From a virus, in the IMG/VR virus record IMGVR_UViG_3300017593_000402, positions 32,001 through 96,000 of that record: a stretch of 64,000 nt of DNA, one strand, 5' to 3'. The position numbers and the translations under genes are program-made. Below the pieces are notes generated by a model. The model was not told where the DNA came from. It saw only the letters and a list, made by a program, of their open reading frames with translations, and searched no databases. This document shows, piece by piece, positions 33,956 to 44,121 of the stretch. Within the stretch, counting starts at the first letter, position 1. Each line of letters starts with the position of its first letter.

Positions 33956-36900
33956 ATGGGCTGGCTCCCAGAATATTCACACAGAATCAGGTTCAAGATT
34001 GATCATGCAAAGATTGACTCTGATCTTACTCACTTCCCTATTACCCTCTTCTTGACTGAAGATAATGCTGATGCAGTCTTTAATGAACTGGGTTCTAACT
34101 ATAAGAAGATTGCAGTTACTTCTGATGATGGTACTACTCAACTTTATGTAGAAGTTGAAGTATGGGACTCAGCGAATAAACAGGCAGTTCTCCATATTTC
34201 TAGGTCGTCTTGGACTATTTCGTCATCTTCAGATACTTATTTTTATCTTTACTACGACGCGTCTGTTGCAGACAACACAACTTACGTTGGAGATCCTGGA
34301 GATTCTGTTGCTGCAAATGTTTGGGATGACAACTTTAAAGCGGTTTACCATTTATCTCAAAATCCCACAGGAGGCAATGGATGTATTAAAGATAGCACCA
34401 GCAACAATAATGACGGTACTCCTCATGGAAGTATGACTTCAGATGATTTAGTTGATGGGGGGGTAGGAAAGGCTCTGGACTTCGACGGAAGTGACGACTA
34501 TGTGGATTGTGGGAGCGACGGCAGCTTGGATATTACTGGTCCTCTTACAATAGAGTCAGTTGTGAAGTTATCTTCTACAGGCGGGAGTCAAGCTTTTTTT
34601 GAAGGGCGTCTGCAATATACATTGTGGGTGAATTCAAGTGGTAGAGTACGCCTTGCAGACACGCAAGGTAACTACTGTGATTCAGATTCTGGTGATTTTG
34701 CCTGGGATGTTTATCAGTACGTAGCTGGCAAGTTTTCGGGTTCTTCTGGAGACTCTATTACCACGTCCAATGCTGCTGTTTTTATAAACGACGCTAATGT
34801 AACAGCAGCTACGGGAGGTACGTGGTTGCCACAGTCTCTTTCTACTGCTGTAATTGCGTGTTCTCCTCAAGCTACGCCCATCTCTTTTGCAGATGGTTTG
34901 ATAGACGAAGTAAGAATTTCCAACGTGGCTCGTTCCGATGCTTGGATCAAGGCGACTTATTATTCTTTATTTAATAGTTTGATAACTGTTTGTGAGCATG
35001 TAACGGCGTGGAGTTATAGAAAGAAAATTACTATTTCTGGTTCTCCAGGAGCCGGAACAGGTTATCAAGTCCTTTTAAAAGTAGGAGAAAGTTCTGGAGC
35101 TAGTAACTGTGATTTCCATGTTGAAGGGCATTCTGCCAAGTTCCCTTCAGGAACCAATGATTCAGGAGACCTTCGTTTTGTAGATAACGATGGTTCTACT
35201 TTTTTAAACTTCTGGGTTGAGAAGGTAGAAGGTGAGGCACCCAATAGAGTAGCTTATTGTTGGGTTAAGATAAACGACAACTTAGATTCGGATGTGAATA
35301 TTTACTGTTATTATGGCAACCCTGGGACAGGTAATGTAAGCAACGGGAAAAATACGTTTGAGTTCTTTGACGATTTTAGCATTGACTCACTTTCAAACTA
35401 TGATCTGATTTCGGTGTTTCACTTCGGCGACGGTACTGATGATAAAACAGCAGGAACTTATGATGTAGTTAATCAGAGAGTAAACATTAACACTGGTGAT
35501 AACCTTGAAACGGTTTATTCCCCGAAAAATTTTACCATCAGAAATTTTCATGCCCAGGCTAAGTTTCTTGTTTCAGGAGGCTACCCGTATGGTGCTACGG
35601 GTACTGTAGTAGGACGGTATCAAGATGACAACAATATGTACACAGGCCAAAAGGCAGCACAACAGTATAGTGAGACTGGGGGGACAGGTTCTTATTGTAG
35701 TTATACATCACCAATAATACGTAAGTGGGTTGCTAGTACCGAGAGTGACATTGCTACACCCCCGTCAAATAATTACATTCCAATGAATACTGAAACTATA
35801 CTAGCTCTAGCAATATATGAAAACAATATAAAATTCTTTGTTGACGGTTCAGAGGTTTTATCGACTACAGACTCTGATTTATCTGATGCAGGCAGGGTGG
35901 CATTTGGAGCGGGTCAGTGGGAGGGCTGGCTGGATGAGATCAGAGTCCGTAAATATGTGTCTCCCGAACCTTCTTTCTCTACTGCAGGAGACGAAGAGCA
36001 ACTTGTCGGCCCTACCTGGTATCAGGCTATTTCTTGTATTCGAAATCGCCTTTACGAGATTGCCTACAATTCTAAACATTACCTTACTTCTACCTTTTAT
36101 ATGTTCTTTAGAATTTGGGGAGGTGATATTACTAAAGTCAAGAACAAAGTATTTGCTGATGCGTTAACTTTAATAGCCAACCAAGTTCGATCCTATCAGC
36201 TCGTGGTCCCTCATTTGATTCAACATTGGGACGGCCCTGAAGGTGATTACCGGCTCGTTCCTCCTTCTACTCGCGAACGTCCATGGTGGTGGTGGCCTTA
36301 TTCTTGCGGTGAACCCGTATCTAAAGGGCAGGAGGGTATTAACTATTCACGTATTTCGAAGGATCGTCGTTACGACACGTTTTTCTCCCCCCAACGGTAT
36401 TATTGGGGTGTAATAGTAGGGACACCGTACTCACGAACTCCCTCATCTTACGCAGGTAAAACAATTGAGGACAAACCAAAGAATTTCTTCTGGAACAGAG
36501 TTTACGTTGTCCCTACAAAAATTGATTTCGGATTTACTAAGGTAGGTTCGTCTCGGTTAATTCACATTTTACATCGTTATGAAGACACCTCTCACGATTT
36601 ACAATCTGTTTCTTCTTCGGATCCTACGTTTTCGGTAACTCTTCCTGAGCCTTTGCCTCACACTATGGCTCCCGGGGCTGAGATGGACGGTCTTGTGAAT
36701 GTGGCACAGGTGGGGGCAGTGAGAGTAGTAGACGCGCCCATCTACTTCCATTTTGATACAGTAGGAGACGCCATTTGTTATGTTTCTGCTACGTTCGCTA
36801 TAGTCCTCTTGAAACCGAGAAAGTATGATCAATGGAATACACCTCATACTTTTCAGAAGATAAAGTTCAAGTTCGAAACAGAATTGGTTCACAACTTAGC

Positions 36901-37948
36901 AAGCAAGCCCACCCGTATTCCTAAACTTTATTACCCTACCCGCTCGTCTTCGTTGCACTTGGGAGCTGTTGATGAGGTTGCATATGATCTTGATTATGAT
37001 GCTATCAATGCGGCTCGTTATTTAGTAGTAGTGCCTGAGTTTCCTCTTAGAGTACGATTAGTGAGCAACGCGCACCAACATGATACCCAGATAGTGGTAG
37101 AAGATGTCACAGACTTTGAGGTAGGGTATTCTGCTGTTTTGTGTAGCTCGCGTCATTTAGAAGCGGGCCAGATCACCGAAATTGACGCAGCCTCGAAAAC
37201 ACTTAAGTTTGCTGGCCAGCTTCAGTATGATTATGATGTGAACGATACCTGGGTGTACCCCAGTTTTACGGGGTACGGCCACGTGCGACGGACTCGTTCT
37301 TTAGTGAAACATAATGTTTACAACCTTGAGATTGACGTAGATGAAATAATCCCTGAGGGCTGTAACGCATTGACAGGTACTACTTCGCAGTGGTACAAAC
37401 GGCCAAGAACGGTGCTTGTTGAAGGGTCTGTAGTTGATAGTAGGGATGTTAAGGGTCTTGAAGTTGGCGTCCCGTCCATTAAAAATCCTTTGAGCTCTCG
37501 TCTGCGTGATAAAATTGTTGTAACGCATAGTTACCAGTTCTTTGGAACTGCTTGGAGGGATTTCAAAGACTTGTTTTTATACGCAAAAGGGCGCTATCAG
37601 AAAGTCAATATAATCACTTGGTTGAGTGAATTACGCGTTTACGAAGACGCTTATCAAGGTTCTGCTTCGCTAAAGATCATACCTCGGACTTACTCTGAGA
37701 TTTGGAGTGCTTACAAGAAGGTGGTGATTGATTATGGATCTACTATAGTTCACACGACCGTTACGGGCGTAGTTACTGCTGAGGATCATTGTGTAGTTAC
37801 CCTTCAAGATAATTTGTCGTTAGACACACCGAAGGGTACCCCACTCCACTTTAAGATTGACGCTTACTTAACAGAGGATACCATCGAGTTTGATTTCAAG
37901 GGCGATGGCTGTTTCGTAACTGTTACTTGGGAGGAAGCGTATGACTAA
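33956..37948 (+). CDS. Large tail protein: two DUF2341 domains with LamG/ConA-like lectin domains, fused to a distal-tail-like C-half
   Basis: IDSDLTHFP, ALDFDGSDDYV, GLIDEVRISNVARSDAWIKA, GDLRFVDNDG, IYCYYGNP, FEFFDDF; C-terminal FLYAKGRY. Confidence 0.7.
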   Translation: MGWLPEYSHRIRFKIDHAKIDSDLTHFPITLFLTEDNADAVFNELGSNYKKIAVTSDDGTTQLYVEVEVWDSANKQAVLHISRSSWTISSSSDTYFYLYYDASVADNTTYVGDPGDSVAANVWDDNFKAVYHLSQNPTGGNGCIKDSTSNNNDGTPHGSMTSDDLVDGGVGKALDFDGSDDYVDCGSDGSLDITGPLTIESVVKLSSTGGSQAFFEGRLQYTLWVNSSGRVRLADTQGNYCDSDSGDFAWDVYQYVAGKFSGSSGDSITTSNAAVFINDANVTAATGGTWLPQSLSTAVIACSPQATPISFADGLIDEVRISNVARSDAWIKATYYSLFNSLITVCEHVTAWSYRKKITISGSPGAGTGYQVLLKVGESSGASNCDFHVEGHSAKFPSGTNDSGDLRFVDNDGSTFLNFWVEKVEGEAPNRVAYCWVKINDNLDSDVNIYCYYGNPGTGNVSNGKNTFEFFDDFSIDSLSNYDLISVFHFGDGTDDKTAGTYDVVNQRVNINTGDNLETVYSPKNFTIRNFHAQAKFLVSGGYPYGATGTVVGRYQDDNNMYTGQKAAQQYSETGGTGSYCSYTSPIIRKWVASTESDIATPPSNNYIPMNTETILALAIYENNIKFFVDGSEVLSTTDSDLSDAGRVAFGAGQWEGWLDEIRVRKYVSPEPSFSTAGDEEQLVGPTWYQAISCIRNRLYEIAYNSKHYLTSTFYMFFRIWGGDITKVKNKVFADALTLIANQVRSYQLVVPHLIQHWDGPEGDYRLVPPSTRERPWWWWPYSCGEPVSKGQEGINYSRISKDRRYDTFFSPQRYYWGVIVGTPYSRTPSSYAGKTIEDKPKNFFWNRVYVVPTKIDFGFTKVGSSRLIHILHRYEDTSHDLQSVSSSDPTFSVTLPEPLPHTMAPGAEMDGLVNVAQVGAVRVVDAPIYFHFDTVGDAICYVSATFAIVLLKPRKYDQWNTPHTFQKIKFKFETELVHNLASKPTRIPKLYYPTRSSSLHLGAVDEVAYDLDYDAINAARYLVVVPEFPLRVRLVSNAHQHDTQIVVEDVTDFEVGYSAVLCSSRHLEAGQITEIDAASKTLKFAGQLQYDYDVNDTWVYPSFTGYGHVRRTRSLVKHNVYNLEIDVDEIIPEGCNALTGTTSQWYKRPRTVLVEGSVVDSRDVKGLEVGVPSIKNPLSSRLRDKIVVTHSYQFFGTAWRDFKDLFLYAKGRYQKVNIITWLSELRVYEDAYQGSASLKIIPRTYSEIWSAYKKVVIDYGSTIVHTTVTGVVTAEDHCVVTLQDNLSLDTPKGTPLHFKIDAYLTEDTIEFDFKGDGCFVTVTWEEAYD

Positions 37949-38810
37949 AATAGCACTTGAGCTCACTGGGGGGTTAGGGAAGAATATTGCTTTTACTGCA
38001 GTGCTCCCTTACCTCGACTCTAAACCAACCATTTTATGTTCGTTCCCTGTTGCCTTTGAGAATAGTCCTTATGTGGAGGAGTGTGTGCCGTGGCCTTCTT
38101 CCAACTTTAGGGTGCTGAGTGAGTTTGATATAAGGAAAGTTGAACCCTACTACGTTGCGGATTACCGTCAAGGGAAGATTACTCTGATTGAGGCAATATT
38201 TAGATCCTGTGATGTTAAGCTTGTGCAGGGCGCTGCCCCGAAGCTTTACTTAACTGATAAAGAGAAGAAGGATGCACGGGCCTATCTCGATCGGAAAGGG
38301 CGCCCTGTTATTTTATTCCAACCTTTTGGAGCTTCTACCGACGTATCCAGCCCCCTCTCTTCAGGTCAACGCTCTTTGAGTAAAGATCAAGCGCTGAAGT
38401 TAGCCCGGTTCTTGAGCGATTTTGGTACTGTACTCGTACTGCGCGGTTTGTCCCAACCCTCGCTACCTGGATTTGAGCATCCTGATTTGAACTTAAGGTT
38501 TTCCATCTCTCTTGTGTCAGAAGCGGACGCTCTAGTGGGTGTGGATAGTTGGCTTTGCCACGCCGGGGCTGCACTGGGGAAGAGAGGTTTCTTTATCTTT
38601 ACGTCTACGGACCCGAGACAGTTGTCCTATCCTCTGCACATTTCAGTTCAGTCACCTAACCGCTGCGATTTGTACCCATGCCGCCGTCCTTGGCCAGGAG
38701 TTCCTGACAATTTTGTGTGTCCCTTTGGTTTGAAGTGCCAAGATTTTAATCCTGAAGTATTTTTTGAAGAGATAGAGTCCTATTTGAAGGAGGCCCTCGT
38801 TGAAGTTTGA
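37941..38810 (+). CDS. GT9 (heptosyltransferase-like) glycosyltransferase
   Basis: GGLGKNI, PKLYLT, ILFQPFG, VGVDSWLCHAGAALG. Confidence 0.8.
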   Translation: MTKIALELTGGLGKNIAFTAVLPYLDSKPTILCSFPVAFENSPYVEECVPWPSSNFRVLSEFDIRKVEPYYVADYRQGKITLIEAIFRSCDVKLVQGAAPKLYLTDKEKKDARAYLDRKGRPVILFQPFGASTDVSSPLSSGQRSLSKDQALKLARFLSDFGTVLVLRGLSQPSLPGFEHPDLNLRFSISLVSEADALVGVDSWLCHAGAALGKRGFFIFTSTDPRQLSYPLHISVQSPNRCDLYPCRRPWPGVPDNFVCPFGLKCQDFNPEVFFEEIESYLKEALVEV

Positions 38811-39600
38811 CGGCGTAATTCTCGTTTATGGCATGCATACAGACTATTTAATTGCGACTAACTTCCCGTTTACGACCAATGACTCTATTACCTGGGAACC
38901 TCTTATCACGTCTGATATTTCATACGAGCTTTCTGGCGTAGATCGGAAAGAAGCGTTTACTATTAAAATTTTACGGGATAAAGTACCCGATCTCTCAAGT
39001 TACCTTGTAAATCGAGTTGGTTCTGTGACAGTTCGCGCTGTTGAGATTGATGTGGATACGGCAACTTGGTCAGAGTTTTATCAAGGTAATGTCACTAAGT
39101 TTAAAATCGACCTCCACTTTGTCGAACTCGAAGTTGAGAGTATGGTGTCGTTAGGTCTTAGGTCAGCGAATCGTGTCCGCCTTTCTCTAGGATGTATTCG
39201 AACTTTAGACGAATGTGGAGTCGCATGGGATTCTTATTCTGCTTCTGGAATAGTAGCTGGTATTAGTGGGAGAACTATCTCGATTAACTATACTACTCGG
39301 GGTTCAAACTTCCCAGACCCCGTTCCAAATAATTTTCTGAAATATGGGAAGTTAGTTGCGCCAACGGAAGTTAGGAGTATAGTTTTTAATGATGCGGGTT
39401 CTGTGGTGGTGAGGTTTGCTACTCGTGATCTGTCTGTAGGAGATGTTGTTACTGTTTACGCCGGGTGTGATAAATCGATTGCAACTTGTAGAGACAAGTT
39501 TAACAATTTGGATAACTACTTAGGTTTTCCTCATACTCCTACAGAGAGTGCGACTTTAAGAGGAAGACAGGGAAAGACTGCGTCTGGTGGAAAGAAGTAA
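38800..39600 (+). CDS. Tail hub protein, BR0599/DUF2163-like
   Basis: C-terminal VYAGCDKSIATCRDKFNNLDNYLGFPHTP. Confidence 0.85.
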   Translation: MKFDGVILVYGMHTDYLIATNFPFTTNDSITWEPLITSDISYELSGVDRKEAFTIKILRDKVPDLSSYLVNRVGSVTVRAVEIDVDTATWSEFYQGNVTKFKIDLHFVELEVESMVSLGLRSANRVRLSLGCIRTLDECGVAWDSYSASGIVAGISGRTISINYTTRGSNFPDPVPNNFLKYGKLVAPTEVRSIVFNDAGSVVVRFATRDLSVGDVVTVYAGCDKSIATCRDKFNNLDNYLGFPHTPTESATLRGRQGKTASGGKK

Positions 39601-40048
39601 GTGCTACAATTGCGTACTCTTTGAGAAGGCTAATGAATGGATTGGTACCCCATTTAAACTCAGGGATTGTGTTAAAGGTAGGGGGGCTGATTGTGTGAGT
39701 GCGCCTCTTTCGATCTTGGTAGATGTAGGTCTACTTCCTAAGGAAACGTTTCTAGATATTTACAGCGCGCGAATGCTCAAACTATTTCGTCAAAACCATC
39801 AAGAGTTCTTACGGCAACTGGCGCATACTTTTGGTGACAATTACATGGTGGTAACTGGAGATAAAAGTGTGAAGTGCGGAGATATTGTGGTGCGAGACAT
39901 TGGGCGCTATAGAGAGATGTTCGCCGCAGTCTATGTGTCCGATAAGTTTCTCGTTGCTAGACCTGTAACCGGAGTTCAGTGGGTTGCTAACTTTGAATTT
40001 GACTACAAAATTTCTAAAGTCAATTTTAGGTGTCCTTGTGAAGTGTGA
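39587..40048 (+). CDS. NlpC/P60-like tail protein (paralog 1; catalytic His absent)
   Basis: WIGTPF...KGRGADCVS...CGDIV. Confidence 0.7.
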   Translation: MERSKCYNCVLFEKANEWIGTPFKLRDCVKGRGADCVSAPLSILVDVGLLPKETFLDIYSARMLKLFRQNHQEFLRQLAHTFGDNYMVVTGDKSVKCGDIVVRDIGRYREMFAAVYVSDKFLVARPVTGVQWVANFEFDYKISKVNFRCPCEV

Positions 40049-40502
40049 GAATTGTTATTATTATCAGTTAGCACAGAAGTGGGTTAATACCCCTTTCAAG
40101 CTCGGGGGTACTTCTCTTAAGGGAATTGACTGCTTTGGAGTCTCATTACGTATAGCACAAGAGAGTGGTTTGATTTCGGAGGATCAGTTCAAAGTAATTC
40201 ATACTACAACGGTACTTAGGATTCTAAGGAAAGAGGGTGTACATAAATTCAAAACGTTTATTCAGGAAGGGAGTGGTGGACGACTTGTTGAAACAACTAA
40301 CCCAGCAGACTTGAAGTGTGGGGACTGGGTGTTAAGAATTATAGGAAGAAATTTTGACGTTGAGAGTGCTCTGTTTGTAGGAGGTCAGTTTATTACATCT
40401 TTCCCGAAAGAGTGTGTTACTATCACACCTGTGTTTAAGTTTGACTTTGCAATCTCGTGGGGAGGATTTTCGTTTAGGAAATGGCGGTCTTTGCAACTCT
40501 AG
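40038..40502 (+). CDS. NlpC/P60-like tail protein (paralog 2; catalytic His absent)
   Basis: Likely GTG start at 40038; WVNTPF...KGIDCFG...CGDWV. Confidence 0.7.
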   Translation: MKCENCYYYQLAQKWVNTPFKLGGTSLKGIDCFGVSLRIAQESGLISEDQFKVIHTTTVLRILRKEGVHKFKTFIQEGSGGRLVETTNPADLKCGDWVLRIIGRNFDVESALFVGGQFITSFPKECVTITPVFKFDFAISWGGFSFRKWRSLQL

Positions 40503-42820
40503 CAATTTATGCGGCGTTGTTTCTCGCGAGCTACTTTTTGGCGGGGCCACCTAAGACTGAGGACAGTCCGGGCGACCAAAGTGCTAATGAAGTAAAGATT
40601 CCTCGCAACCGAGTTGGGCTGGCGATTCCCTCTGTTTTTGGAAGGGGCCAGGTTGCTGGCGTAATGATTGATATGGTTCCTAAAGTAGAGGCATATGGTC
40701 GTTTCAAGCGGTCATTTCAAGAGGTTGAACATAAGAAGAAGGTAGGTTCTGGTAAGGCTAAGGCAGAAATTACCTATTACACCTACGTGATGGTTGCTCG
40801 TTGGGCCTTTTCTATAGGCCCGGTCGATGAGTTTACGAAGCTAATCCTTGAGTCCACTCGAGTGGATGTAGATCACCCTTCTTCGGGGTGCGATCAGAGT
40901 GAACGAGGTAAGTACCTCGGGGGCTATTGGTACTATGGTACGTCTACGCAAACTCGACATTCTCACGACACCGCTCTTCATGACAGTTCCGACCTATTGA
41001 ACTATCGCAATGTGGCGTACGCTACACTAAATATTTGTTTAGGACAATCTCCATCTCCTATCCACCCACAATGTGAGTTGAAAAGGTTCGTTCAGCCCTT
41101 GACTTCACTTGGGAAGAAAGTTGGAGATGACGCTAATTTGATGCAAGTCCTTTACTACATTCTAACGAATCGATGGTATTTGAACATCCCGGAAAGTTTG
41201 GTCGATAAAGATTCGTTTATAGAGGCAGGTAATGTTCTTGCGTCGGAGGGAATTGGAGGTTCATATGTAGTTTCAACTTCAGCCGACCTAGGACAGGTAA
41301 TAAGAGAGATCTTAGATTGGTGCGGGGCCAAGCTTTATTGGTATCAAAACAAAATTTGCGTTAAGGTAATTAGAAATACAGGGGCTGCAACGTTGACTTT
41401 AACTGATGATGACATTGACAACTTGTCACTCGAGGGGAATCTTTGGACCGCAGTTCATTGTGCAGCTTCGCTGGAGTGGATTGATCCTCACAATGATTAT
41501 GAGACGAACTGGATTTATCAGGTTGACCACGGTACCGAAGCAGTTGCAGGTAATTTTAAACTAAACGAGTTTAGTTATAGGATTATTGCTTCTGATACTA
41601 TTGCAAAGAAAGTGCTTGATCGTAAGATGACTGAGGTTACGTTCCCCCGTATTAAAGCTACTTTCACGACTACTGTGTCTATCGAACCTTACCAAATCAT
41701 TGAGATTGATTCTGACCAGTTTGGAGTAACGGGTACATTTAGGGTTACATCAATTGTTCGAAAGGGAGTGGGCGTTTACGAGCTTGAGGCTATAGAACTT
41801 GTTGAAGCAGAACCTGTTGACATGTCAGACGTTCCTTCTGTTGGTCCAGGAGTAGTTACGCAGGACTTCGAGAGTAGTTGGATTTCCTGGGGTTATCTCG
41901 AAAACCCAATTGGAGGTGTTTACTTCTGGTGTAAACCTGATTTAAGCAATCCTTACTTAAAAGGTTTCTCGATAACCTTGAGTTACGACTCTTTAGAGCT
42001 TTCTACGGCAGAGATTTTGGTTAACTACTTAGGGACGCTAACTCACGATGTTCCTGTTACTCATAAGACTTCTAGGACTTATCAGATCGATGTTACTAGT
42101 GACGTCGCTTTTTCACTACTTGGATCTAGTGATGCTGGTTGGTTCGCTGGTTCTTTGTTATTACTGATCAATAACGAGATAATTTCTGTTAGAGATGTAA
42201 GTGTAGATGAGAGTGGATACCATTTTGTAGGAGTAATCAGGGGATTCTTCAAGACAATCATCTCTTCACATGCTGCTGGAACTGACGTGTTCTATCTGAA
42301 TTACAACTCTCCCGTTACTACGGATAGAAATACGTTTGCGCCTCTTGCTAACCAAACCCTCGATATTGACATGACCCCTCGACATCACTTCCTTGGAGCG
42401 GAAATCGACGATACAGAACACGCGGAGACAGACTCCTTTACGTACAAGGGTAATCCTTTTAGGCCATTGCCAATCTGTAATCTCCAGGTTAATGAGCAAG
42501 GTAATAATCACCGCGTTTCTTCGGGCGATGACGTCAGCATTAGTTGGAGGAACCAATCTAGAGATGGGGCGGGGTTTCATTTCCCAAGTCAGCAAAAGCC
42601 ACAGGATCCTACTCCTGATTATGACCAGATCCGGTTAGAGATTTATGATGGTACCACGCAGGTGAGAGAAGAGATATTAGATGGCACAACTACGTCGTAT
42701 GACTACACGTCCGCGCTGCAATCTTCAGACGGCGTGCTTAACAAGAACTTCACGATTAAAATTACGCCAAGGAACAACGTATGTGAGGCGGACACTGTTG
42801 AACTAACAGTACTACGCTGA
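40481..42820 (+). CDS. Tail tip / central fibre attachment protein (J-like)
   Basis: Hydrophobic N-terminus, GLAIPSVFG, YRNVAY, DANLMQVLYYILTN, GVIRG, PLPICNL. Confidence 0.8.
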   Translation: MAVFATLAIYAALFLASYFLAGPPKTEDSPGDQSANEVKIPRNRVGLAIPSVFGRGQVAGVMIDMVPKVEAYGRFKRSFQEVEHKKKVGSGKAKAEITYYTYVMVARWAFSIGPVDEFTKLILESTRVDVDHPSSGCDQSERGKYLGGYWYYGTSTQTRHSHDTALHDSSDLLNYRNVAYATLNICLGQSPSPIHPQCELKRFVQPLTSLGKKVGDDANLMQVLYYILTNRWYLNIPESLVDKDSFIEAGNVLASEGIGGSYVVSTSADLGQVIREILDWCGAKLYWYQNKICVKVIRNTGAATLTLTDDDIDNLSLEGNLWTAVHCAASLEWIDPHNDYETNWIYQVDHGTEAVAGNFKLNEFSYRIIASDTIAKKVLDRKMTEVTFPRIKATFTTTVSIEPYQIIEIDSDQFGVTGTFRVTSIVRKGVGVYELEAIELVEAEPVDMSDVPSVGPGVVTQDFESSWISWGYLENPIGGVYFWCKPDLSNPYLKGFSITLSYDSLELSTAEILVNYLGTLTHDVPVTHKTSRTYQIDVTSDVAFSLLGSSDAGWFAGSLLLLINNEIISVRDVSVDESGYHFVGVIRGFFKTIISSHAAGTDVFYLNYNSPVTTDRNTFAPLANQTLDIDMTPRHHFLGAEIDDTEHAETDSFTYKGNPFRPLPICNLQVNEQGNNHRVSSGDDVSISWRNQSRDGAGFHFPSQQKPQDPTPDYDQIRLEIYDGTTQVREEILDGTTTSYDYTSALQSSDGVLNKNFTIKITPRNNVCEADTVELTVLR

Positions 42821-42832
42821 GGAGGTTAGTAG

Positions 42833-43681
42833 ATGGGATTCTTAGAGCCTTACGAGTTTGAGGAGATGGGGAATGTAATTGGATGGGATGCTATTTGCAC
42901 AGGAAACACTCAAAAAGTAAGAGATGCAATCGGTGCTCCTTGTTATTCGGTTACAGCTGGAGAAAACCTCTCTAAAGGACAAGCTGTTTATATCGCAAGT
43001 GATCAAAGGGCTTATAGAGCTAGCAATACTTCTGACAGTACCATGCCTTGTGTAGGGTTTGTCTATAAGGATGCATCTGCAGGTAACGATGTGTGGATAC
43101 AGTTTGACGGGCGTGCCGCGCTGTTTTCAGGTCTTACAGTTGGGTCTAAGTATTTCGTAGGTACAAATGGAGGGATTACTTCTACACGGCCTACTGGGTC
43201 GAATATAGTTCAATGTGTTGGGATTGCTGTTTCTTCAACCACACTCCTGCTCGTATCTTTGGGGTGCGACTTTGCTAGCACTAGGACGGCAGAAGTAGGA
43301 GGTTTACATATAGTAGGGGCAAGTGACAGCTTTGGAACCGCTCAGGTGATTGATGTTGATGCTTCCCAGAGCGACCCATCTGCTATTACGTCTACTGCAG
43401 TTACCTATGCCGATGCTGCGGCTGTTACTTTAGGAGACGCAGACTTAACGTATGACGCGAATGAGAGAGACTTGATTAACGATCTGAAATCCAAATATAA
43501 CGATCTTGTACCTCTGGTAAACGAGATAAAGAGTGACTATAATGCGTTAAGAGCTGATGTTACTTCTATCCACTCTGTCTTGATAGGGACTATTGATTAC
43601 TGTGATGCTTTAAAAGCGAAAATTAACGAATTACTAGGAGAGCTCCGTAAGACCGGTGGTTGCGGAGTTTTGAATGATTAG
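42833..43681 (+). CDS. Fibre/decoration-like protein with C-terminal coiled coil
   Basis: AGENLSKGQAVYI...GLTVGSKYFVG..G.IT.T.P...VQCVGIA module followed by heptads. Confidence 0.55.
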   Translation: MGFLEPYEFEEMGNVIGWDAICTGNTQKVRDAIGAPCYSVTAGENLSKGQAVYIASDQRAYRASNTSDSTMPCVGFVYKDASAGNDVWIQFDGRAALFSGLTVGSKYFVGTNGGITSTRPTGSNIVQCVGIAVSSTTLLLVSLGCDFASTRTAEVGGLHIVGASDSFGTAQVIDVDASQSDPSAITSTAVTYADAAAVTLGDADLTYDANERDLINDLKSKYNDLVPLVNEIKSDYNALRADVTSIHSVLIGTIDYCDALKAKINELLGELRKTGGCGVLND

Positions 43682-43693
43682 AGGAGGTAGCTT

Positions 43694-44107
43694 ATGATAG
43701 AGTATCCTGTTGTTGAAATTGTAAGGCTAGAGGAGAATGAATCTTACGGCACCTTTGGAGTGCTTCGTATTCAGAAGCAAGTCTTTTGTGTGACTCTCGA
43801 ACCTGCGGACCGATTCAATATGCCCGGAGTTTCATGTATTCCCGCACAGCAGTACATATGTAGAAGGCACGTTTCTAGCCGGTTTGGGGAGACTTTCATA
43901 GTTACAAATGTACCGGGCCGTGTTGGTATTCTATTCCATCCGGGCAATGAAGTTGAAGATACTGCTGGGTGCATTCTTTTGGCGGAACATTATGGGAAGT
44001 TACACGGTGATAGAGCTGTGCTGAATTCGGGTAAGACGTTCAAGAGGTTTATGGAGGTTATGAAGGACTTTGATAAGTTTCATTTGACAATTCTGGAATG
44101 TTATTAA
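43694..44107 (+). CDS. Putative endolysin, DUF5675 (L,D-peptidase-like)
   Basis: GTFGVL...TLE...SCIP...VPGRVGILFHPGN...DTAGCILL. Confidence 0.8.
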   Translation: MIEYPVVEIVRLEENESYGTFGVLRIQKQVFCVTLEPADRFNMPGVSCIPAQQYICRRHVSSRFGETFIVTNVPGRVGILFHPGNEVEDTAGCILLAEHYGKLHGDRAVLNSGKTFKRFMEVMKDFDKFHLTILECY

Positions 44108-44121
44108 AGGGGGTTAAATTG

